From the NCBI GenBank assembly GCA_045612205.1, contig JAZKYQ010000081.1, positions 206 to 64,205 on the forward strand: a stretch of 64,000 nt of DNA, read 5' to 3'. Below the pieces are notes generated by a model, which searched no databases, was not told where the DNA came from, and saw only the letters and a program-made list of their open reading frames with translations. Origin of the DNA: Acutalibacteraceae bacterium (GTDB lineage: Bacteria; Bacillota; Clostridia; Oscillospirales; Acutalibacteraceae). This document shows, in pieces, positions 19,689-27,100 of the stretch. Position numbers and translations under genes: made by a program. The first letter of the stretch is position 1. Each line of letters begins with the position of its first letter.

Positions 19689-21155
19689 ATGAAGGTTATA
19701 TTGTTTTATCCCAGAATAGAGGATTCGTTCAGAGCTTCTTATATGCCTTTGGGTTTGCTGTCTATAGCAACAAATCTTAACAAAAACGGTCATAAAGCGA
19801 TTATTTGTGACAGGTTTTTTGAAAATGATGACGTTGAAGACATTTTGAAGGAACATAAGCCTGATATTATCGGTGTTTCAATTATAGCTCATTCATTCTT
19901 AAAGGATGCTATGTTAATATCTAAAATTGCCAAACAACAGAATGTTCCTGTTGTTTGGGGCGGTTCCTTACCTTCGGCTATCGCCTTTGAATGTCTTTCC
20001 AGTGGTGTAGTTGATTATATAAGCTTTAATGAGGGTGAAGTAACCTGGGTAGAAATTGGAAATGCCGTTGATGCATCCGAACCGATAGAACAGGTTAAAG
20101 GTATCGGATATCTAAAAGACGGAAAATTGGTGAATACGGGAGATAGAGACTTTATTGATCTGTCAACTTTGCCGGATCTGGATTGGTCGTTGGTTAATCC
20201 AAACCGTTATTTTCAAAAATCTTACGGTTATGAAAAAATGCTCAATATGTATCTGTCTAAAGGTTGTTACGGGAAATGTGCATATTGCTATAACCCTGAA
20301 TTCCACCGTTCGACAAGACGCTGCAGACCATTGGAGCAAGTAATCAGAGAAATGAAATATCTTTCTGAAAAATATGGCGCAGACGGGTTCGATTTTACAG
20401 ATGATGCGATGTTTGTATCAAGGAAAGAAGTCGTGGATTTTTGCGATGCTTTAAAAGAAAGCGGTATGAATATCTGTTGGAGCGGATATCTTAGTCTGGG
20501 CATTATAAATACTTATGAAGATTATAAAATGATGTATGATGCCGGATGCAGGTCTATGATTTTCGGTATAGAGTCAGGTTCCGACAGAGTACTGAGAAGT
20601 GTTAATAAACATGTAAGGTTAGACAAAGCATCTTCAAATATTGCACTTTGTCATAAGGCGGGAATTGTTCCTATAACAATGTTCATCATAGGGCTTCCGG
20701 GTGAGGATGAAGAGGATCTGAAGGCTTCTGTATCATTGGCTAAACAGCTGAAGGGAACAGCAGTTGCTTGCGGTTATTTTACTCCGCTGCCGGGTTCTAA
20801 ATCTTATCGTGATTTGGTATCTTCCGGAGAAATACCTGAAACGAGGACTTTAGAGGATTTTGCTAAGATAAAGGAAACTGAAAATCTTGTAATTAACGTT
20901 ACGAAAGTAAAAGACATAGATCTTATAACTATCAGAAAATATATTCGTTTAAGGGGAATGTTTACTGAGACAGGGTATTCAACTAAAGAACAGTTAGAAA
21001 AAGTAATTTTACCTACGGTTAAATCCTGGTTTTCGCGTGGCTTCAAGCATTTTTGTCTGAGTAGCTTTAATACTGTTTACAACGTAGTAAGAACTTTCAC
21101 GATATTCTTTCATCCAAAAATTCGCAAGAAATATGGTTTGTATTTTACCAAATAA
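19689..21155 (+). CDS. B12-binding domain-containing radical SAM protein (paralog 2)
   Basis: Track ORF starts at 19677, but ATG 19689 follows GGGAGG by 4 nt. PLGLLSIATNLNKNGHKAIICD; cluster CYGKCAYC; C-terminal tail IFFHPKIRKKYGLYFTK nearly identical to paralog 1. Confidence 0.85.
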   Translation: MKVILFYPRIEDSFRASYMPLGLLSIATNLNKNGHKAIICDRFFENDDVEDILKEHKPDIIGVSIIAHSFLKDAMLISKIAKQQNVPVVWGGSLPSAIAFECLSSGVVDYISFNEGEVTWVEIGNAVDASEPIEQVKGIGYLKDGKLVNTGDRDFIDLSTLPDLDWSLVNPNRYFQKSYGYEKMLNMYLSKGCYGKCAYCYNPEFHRSTRRCRPLEQVIREMKYLSEKYGADGFDFTDDAMFVSRKEVVDFCDALKESGMNICWSGYLSLGIINTYEDYKMMYDAGCRSMIFGIESGSDRVLRSVNKHVRLDKASSNIALCHKAGIVPITMFIIGLPGEDEEDLKASVSLAKQLKGTAVACGYFTPLPGSKSYRDLVSSGEIPETRTLEDFAKIKETENLVINVTKVKDIDLITIRKYIRLRGMFTETGYSTKEQLEKVILPTVKSWFSRGFKHFCLSSFNTVYNVVRTFTIFFHPKIRKKYGLYFTK

Positions 21156-21216
21156 ATCAGTAAGGTTTTTGTTGGCGAATCGTTGAAATCTATAACCTAA
21201 TATTATTTGCTTCATT

Positions 21217-21243
21217 GGGAAATAACAAAACAGACGGTGCAGT
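21217..21243. repeat. right copy of the perfect 27-bp direct repeat
   Basis: Identical to 17912..17938. Here it continues into the complete terminator hairpin. Confidence 0.95.
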
Positions 21244-21270
21244 TAAAAGCTCTGCACCGTCTTTTCGTTT
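21233..21270 (+). terminator. intact intrinsic terminator (the displaced terminator of the GH43-like gene)
   Basis: Perfect 10-bp stem GACGGTGCAG / CTGCACCGTC, 9-nt loop, then TTTTCGTTT. Confidence 0.85.
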
Positions 21271-21370
21271 CATAAAATCTTATTCCTCCTTAGTCCATCA
21301 CGCAAAGCTTATAAATAATCAAACTAATTTTGCTCGTTTCAAGAAGAAAAATACATAGCTTCGGAAAAAG

Positions 21371-21406
21371 TTTGTAATAACTTTGTAAGAGGTTTTGTGA
21401 TATAAT
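21371..21406 (+). promoter_or_regulatory. tandem 11-bp direct-repeat operator + -10 box (site a, upstream of the histidine kinase)
   Basis: TTTGTAATAAC (21371..21381) TTTGTAAGAGG (21382..21392), 8 nt, TATAAT (21401..21406); 30 nt upstream of the start at 21436. Confidence 0.7.
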
Positions 21407-21435
21407 AAAAAAAGAATTTTAAAAGGAGATAGATT

Positions 21436-23280
21436 GTGTTGAAGGAAATGAAGATAAAAAATGAGAAGCAAAAGTTAATAATCGCTTCTTTGGTACTGTT
21501 TCTTGTGCTTTCATGTGCACTGCTTATCGATGCGGTCACGAACAGCTCTCAGGCAGAGTGGGCAATTATTCCTGACATCAGGCTTGTTGGTGAATACAAA
21601 ATCGGAGACGGTGAATGGAAGGAAATTGTTGAGGGTGAGCATATCTCTGCCACAAAAGGCGATGTCAGATTGAAAGGTGTACTTGAAATCTTAGACCCCG
21701 AAACAAACGAAGCTTTCGGACCGGTTGAAAAAGGCTCGCTGATGTTATTTACTTTTAACCACATAAATCTTGCTTTAACCGATAATGATGAGATGATCTA
21801 TGTATGTGATACAGAAAATCCCGAGCTGGGTGAGGATTTCTGCGGTGATACCTGCTTTGTAGTGGAATCTGTCGGTGAAGACGGTTACTTTGAAGCAACA
21901 ATCCGTAACTATCACCGTTTCGGAAATGAAACCGCTGTTGATGAGCTTCTTTCTTCGATGAAGCTTTATGCAAGTGACTATTCTGAAAAAATAGCTCTGC
22001 GTTCAGGACAGAATGACAGAGTGCTTGCAATAATAATCATTATTTCTGCTTTTATTGTTCTGGGTATAACAATTTTCTCAGCTTTGCTTTACAAAGATAT
22101 ATTCAGAAGTGCTTTCTTCGGTGGATTATTGATTCTTTCAGCAGGAATTTTCTTCCTTTTCACCTCAAGAGCGTTTTTCTTCTGGTCTGATAAGGTTATA
22201 GTCAACACAATGACGACCGGACTTTCCGCAATAGCTTATACTTTATTTGCTCTTTTGCATATGAAGAGTTTTATTTCAAAAAACATGCATAAAGCGGCCG
22301 ATATTGTCACATTACTTTACGGCGTTTTTATAAGCGTTCTTGTTTCTGCTTCTCTTTTCAGTGATATATATTTTTATGATGTGCTCGGAATCTGGGCTAT
22401 CGGTGCGATTGCCGTATCGCTTATCTTTATAGTGTTATCTCTTCTTTCACTGAAAAAATCATCCGGCAAACAAAAAATCTTACTGCTTTTTGTGACTGTA
22501 GGTCTTGTGCTGTTTTTAGCCGATACAGCAGCAGTATATTTTGGCTTATGGGGAACAGGATTTTTGTCTAAAATCTTTTTCCTTGTCGGCTTTGTTGCTA
22601 CGGCGGTTGTTTTCCTGCGTATCGTACCTAAAAACATTAAGGCGGCCGAAAAGGCAGAAAAGCTTGAAAAAGAAAAAATCAAGCTTGATGCCGAGCTTGC
22701 CAAAAGTCGTATTTCCACTCTTATGAGTCAGATTCATCCTCATTTTATTTACAATACTCTCGGAAGCATTGAGCAGCTTTGCGAGCTCGACCCACCAAAG
22801 GCGGCAAAGCTTGTTAACGATTTTTCAAGGTATCTCAGGGGTAATTTTGGTGAGATTGATAATCCGAAGCTCATCCGTGTTTCAAAGGAGCTTGAGCATA
22901 CGGAATACTATATCGGCATCGAAAAGGTACGCTTCCCTGATATTGAATTTGTTGCAGAAATGAACTGCAGTGATTTCAGCATCCCTGCGCTTACAATTCA
23001 GCCCTTGGTTGAGAATGCTATCAAGCACGGTATTCTTAAGAGGGACGAAGGCGGAACGGTAAAGGTCAGAATTTATGAAACTGACAGCAGTTACTTTATA
23101 ACTGTAAAGGATAACGGTGTCGGCTTTGATGTAAGTGCAATTGAACAGAAAAATCATATAGGATTAAGAAATATCAAAAGCAGACTTGAAGCAATGTGCG
23201 GCGGTATCCTTCATATTGAAAGCATAATCGGTGTAGGTACCAAGATTACAGTTGAAATTCCGAAGGAGGCAGACTTATGA
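21436..23280 (+). CDS. sensor histidine kinase, LytS/YehU-type catalytic core, with extracytoplasmic domain and multi-TM block
   Basis: 614 aa. H-box HPHFIYNTLGSI; N box LVENAIKHG; DNGVGF and GLRNI boxes. N-terminal TM, about 190-aa outside domain, then 6-7 TM helices. GTG start 7 nt after GGAG. The stop overlaps the response-regulator start (ATGA). Confidence 0.85.
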   Translation: MLKEMKIKNEKQKLIIASLVLFLVLSCALLIDAVTNSSQAEWAIIPDIRLVGEYKIGDGEWKEIVEGEHISATKGDVRLKGVLEILDPETNEAFGPVEKGSLMLFTFNHINLALTDNDEMIYVCDTENPELGEDFCGDTCFVVESVGEDGYFEATIRNYHRFGNETAVDELLSSMKLYASDYSEKIALRSGQNDRVLAIIIIISAFIVLGITIFSALLYKDIFRSAFFGGLLILSAGIFFLFTSRAFFFWSDKVIVNTMTTGLSAIAYTLFALLHMKSFISKNMHKAADIVTLLYGVFISVLVSASLFSDIYFYDVLGIWAIGAIAVSLIFIVLSLLSLKKSSGKQKILLLFVTVGLVLFLADTAAVYFGLWGTGFLSKIFFLVGFVATAVVFLRIVPKNIKAAEKAEKLEKEKIKLDAELAKSRISTLMSQIHPHFIYNTLGSIEQLCELDPPKAAKLVNDFSRYLRGNFGEIDNPKLIRVSKELEHTEYYIGIEKVRFPDIEFVAEMNCSDFSIPALTIQPLVENAIKHGILKRDEGGTVKVRIYETDSSYFITVKDNGVGFDVSAIEQKNHIGLRNIKSRLEAMCGGILHIESIIGVGTKITVEIPKEADL

Positions 23281-24056
23281 TTGCTATAGCAATAGATGAT
23301 GAACAGCTGATGCTTTATGCACTTGAAAAAGCAATAAAGGCATCAGAGGATATAGAAGAAGTTGCAGGCTTTTCAAATTGCGACGAGGCATTGGACTGGC
23401 TTGAAATCAATACTCCTGATGTGGCATTTCTTGATATTAATATGCGTGGCATCAACGGTATCGCATTGGCGGAAAAAATTACATCGATTTATCCCGATTG
23501 CAAAATAGTTTTCTGCACAGGTTATGAGGAATATGCTGTTTCAGCCTTTAAAATTCACGCTTCGGGTTATCTTCTCAAGCCTGTTTCAGCCGAGGATGTG
23601 CAAAAGGAAATTGATGTTATCAAGGGCAGAAAAATAGAAAAAGGCATCCTTAAGGCAAAATGCTTCGGTAATTTTGACGTTTCCTGCGGCGGTGAAAAGC
23701 TTACCTTCAAAAGAACAAAAAGCAAGGAAATGCTTGCTTATCTCATTGACCGTAACGGAGCAGATGTTTCCTCAAAGGAGATAGCCGCTGTGCTCTGGGA
23801 GGACGGCACAAAGGAAAACAACAGAAACTACTTTCATCAGCTTCTTTTAGATGTGCGTCATACTCTTGAAAAAGCAGGTGCAGATGATGTGCTGAAAAAG
23901 AACGGATATCTTTATTCCGTTGATACAAGCAGAATTTCCTGTGACTATTATTCTTACCTTAAAACGGGTCAGCCTGAATTTCAGGGTGAATATATGACAC
24001 AATACAGCTGGGCTGATGAAACCTGTGGCTTGCTCTGGAGTAAAAACAATAAATAA
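23277..24056 (+). CDS. response regulator: REC domain + OmpR/SARP-type winged-helix DNA-binding domain
   Basis: 259 aa. REC with IAIDDE and phospho-acceptor context VAFLDINM. C-terminal CFGNFDVSCGGEKLTFKRTKSKEMLAYLIDRNG..VSSKEIAAVLWED...YFHQLLLDVRHTL resembles SARP/OmpR wHTH. Confidence 0.85.
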   Translation: MIAIAIDDEQLMLYALEKAIKASEDIEEVAGFSNCDEALDWLEINTPDVAFLDINMRGINGIALAEKITSIYPDCKIVFCTGYEEYAVSAFKIHASGYLLKPVSAEDVQKEIDVIKGRKIEKGILKAKCFGNFDVSCGGEKLTFKRTKSKEMLAYLIDRNGADVSSKEIAAVLWEDGTKENNRNYFHQLLLDVRHTLEKAGADDVLKKNGYLYSVDTSRISCDYYSYLKTGQPEFQGEYMTQYSWADETCGLLWSKNNK

Positions 24057-24064
24057 ACTTATAA

Positions 24065-24099
24065 AAAAGATCGAATTTTTTCGGTCTTTTTGTTTTTTT
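24065..24099 (+). terminator. terminator after the two-component operon
   Basis: AAAAGATCGAA / TTCGGTCTTTT stem (one G-U), TTTT loop, long T-run. Confidence 0.7.
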
Positions 24100-24107
24100 A
24101 GAATGAT

Positions 24108-24143
24108 TTTGTAATAAGTTTGTAATACAATCTGTGTTATAAT
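24108..24143 (+). promoter_or_regulatory. tandem 11-bp direct-repeat operator + -10 box (site b, upstream of the 1808-aa surface protein)
   Basis: TTTGTAATAAG (24108..24118) TTTGTAATACA (24119..24129), 8 nt, TATAAT (24138..24143); 31 nt upstream of ATG 24174. Confidence 0.7.
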
Positions 24144-24173
24144 AGGATGTATTTTATTTAGGAGGTAAAACCT

Positions 24174-27100
24174 ATGAAAAAAGTAATAAGTATTTTATTG
24201 ACAATCATTATGCTCTTTACAATGGTTCCTGTAAGCGTTTTTGCTGCAGAGGAAATCACAGTTAATCTTGTGAGCTTTATGCGCGGAGATGTTAATGATC
24301 TTCGTTCAAGTGAGCTTTTAGAGGTACAGGTAGAGGGCTACGACGGAAACCCGAGAGAGCTCACATATAAGTGGACAAGCTCACTCGGTACATACCTTTA
24401 CATTTATAACTCACATAATATGTATGGTATCAACAACACATATGGTGAAATGGAAATCTATAACACCGATAAAAAAATCAGCCGCAACAGCAATGTTGAA
24501 GCAGACAGAGCCGGCGATAAGACTTTATCAAAAGCAGGCTTTATGTGGGCTTCTGTTTATGGTGCTTATGAATATTCCAATGTCAGTGCTTCTACTGCAC
24601 TTAAGGGCACTGTAAAAGTCGAAGTTTATGATAGTAAGGGTACTAAGCTTGGTGAAGATAGTTTCTCAAGCTTCAAGGTACACAATCTTGACGGAGACCT
24701 CGACAATGTTGTTATCGGTCTTTTCGAGGGCGACAGAATGAACGCACTTGATCTTCTCGGTCAGAGTGGTATTGTTCATATCACATGTGAACAGAGTAAA
24801 GTTTCAAGTGCTGAGATTCTTGAAGGCGATGAACACATAAAAATTGAAACTGAGAAAAAGGATAGTAATACTTACAACTACTATATTAAAGGTATAAAAG
24901 CCGGAGATAACAGCACTAATGGTGATGCTCAGCTTGAGATTAATATAAAAAAGACATCCTGTAAGTTCCACTATAACACAAGCGGTACTGCTGAGCCAAT
25001 AGTATATGTTTTCAAAAAGCCCAAGACATCAACCACCACAACAACTCTTACTCTTGTTGATGATATTGACAGCCGCTGTGAATATTTTATCAACGGTAAC
25101 AAGGGTGAAAAGCAGGATGATGGCACAATCATCTTCACAGGTCTTGATCCCAACACCAAATATACAGTAGAAGTTCGTGCCGAATACGAAGATAAGGGCA
25201 CAACCAAGTATGTTTACGGTTATGTAGAAGACACAACAAAGCCTGTTTATAAGGCTACAGTCAAGACATATCTCGACGACACAATTACTGATATCTCATC
25301 AATTCACGGTGAAGAAGTAACTCTTTACATCCGTAAGGATCTCGAGGATGCAGAATATATTGTGCTTACAAAGAACGGCACAGGTACATATGAAGCAATC
25401 GTTGAAAACGGTACATATTATCCCTGGCACTACGAAAACGGCACATACCATCAGGCAAGAAAATATGAGCTCATTATCCAGAATGCTAACGCAGAGCTTT
25501 ACCTTCACCACTACAGTGTGAAATATGACACAAACGGCGGTGCATTCAAGTCAGGCGAAGATGTTGGCACAGAGATTTACTCAAGTATGACAGCAGTAAA
25601 TGCTACTTCAAATGTTCCCGTACGTGAAGGCTATGTATTTGCAGGCTGGGAATATAACGGTAAGGTTATCACTTCAGGCAAGCAGATCACTTCATCAATC
25701 TCCGCTCCCATTACACTCAAGGCAAAATGGGAAAAGGCTGTTAACGTAATAATCAACGTTACTATTGACCACAAAACTGTGGACGGCTTTGATCCTAATC
25801 CTTCAAGAACAGAGCTTGATGTTGATTTCCTTGAAATGACTGCAAACTCACCCGCATTTGTTGAAACAGGCGACAAGCTTTATTTCAGAGAAGATAAGGT
25901 TACCGATGAAAACGGTAGTGCAAAAGCTTATACTTACTCAATTGAAAACAATGTTTCAAAATATACTGCAACAGATTATACTTACACAGGTCTTCTTGAA
26001 TCCTCAACCTTCGGTGTTGCTTTAAGTAAGTCAGGCTATGATGTAGGTACAATTGAAAAGAAACAGGATAAACTCGGTAATTGGGTTATCAATATTCCTC
26101 TTACCTATAATCCCGACGACTTTGATCTTGAATTCAGCGTTGAAATGGATGATGATGTTCCCAAGGAGCTTTATCCTGATGCTGTAATCGTTAAGGTTGC
26201 ATACTGGAATACAGATACAAATGAATGGAAAATCATTTCTCAGCAGGAAAATGCAGGCGCTGTTGTAAAGCCCGGTGTACGTGTTGACATTGATCCTAAA
26301 ACAGGCGAAGGCTCGGGCTCATATCCCGTATGGAGATATGACGGTAAAAACAACCCCTACGGCTACCGTGCAGTTGTTACCGGTTTCATTTATGACGGTT
26401 CAACAATTGTTGTACCCACAGAAAAGGATCATACAAAGGATGACAACACTGTTATCGTTACATATACTGACGGTAACTACACCGCTACAATGAGCGATAT
26501 CGCTGACGGTAAAAAGTTCAGCACATCTCTTAACGGTGCATATTACAATGATAAAACAAATGCTCAGCAGGGTACACTTCACGGTGTAATTTCAGTTGAA
26601 AAGTATGATGTTACCTTTGATGCTCAGGGTGGAACAAACGCTGAGGGCAAGGATGCTGCAAAGCAGGTTTATCGTGTTCCTGAGCTTGACGGATATAAGC
26701 CCACAATGGAAAATCACAATTTCCTTGGCTGGTACAAGGATAAGGAATGCACAATTCCTGCAGTTGAAAATGAACTTCTCACCGAAGATATTACTCTTTA
26801 TGCAAAGTGGGATAAGATTCTCACAGGTAACGTAAGAGTTGCAGGTTCATATGTTCAGAACGGCGAGATAGTAGATGTATGGGCAGTTGACCGTGCTGAC
26901 AGTGCAGTTGTAGTTCTTCAGGAAATCACTGAAACCGGTGTTTATAGCATTGACAGACAGACTGTTAATATTGTATGGCCCATGGCTGAAATGGTTTACG
27001 GTATTTCAGAGGAATATAAGTTTACAGGTCTTGATCCTGCAAAGCAGTACAGAACTGAAGTTTATGTTCTTAACTACGGCACAACCTATCAGAACTCAAC

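Noticed and set aside
17921-21216. Search for a RiPP precursor peptide or recombinase gene associated with the two radical SAM genes
   Set aside because: The three non-coding gaps (17939..18131, 19605..19688, 21156..21216) contain no plausible RBS-preceded short ORF; the only ATG-led frame is 7 codons long. No integrase- or transposase-like ORF is present. I therefore make no RiPP or transposon call.
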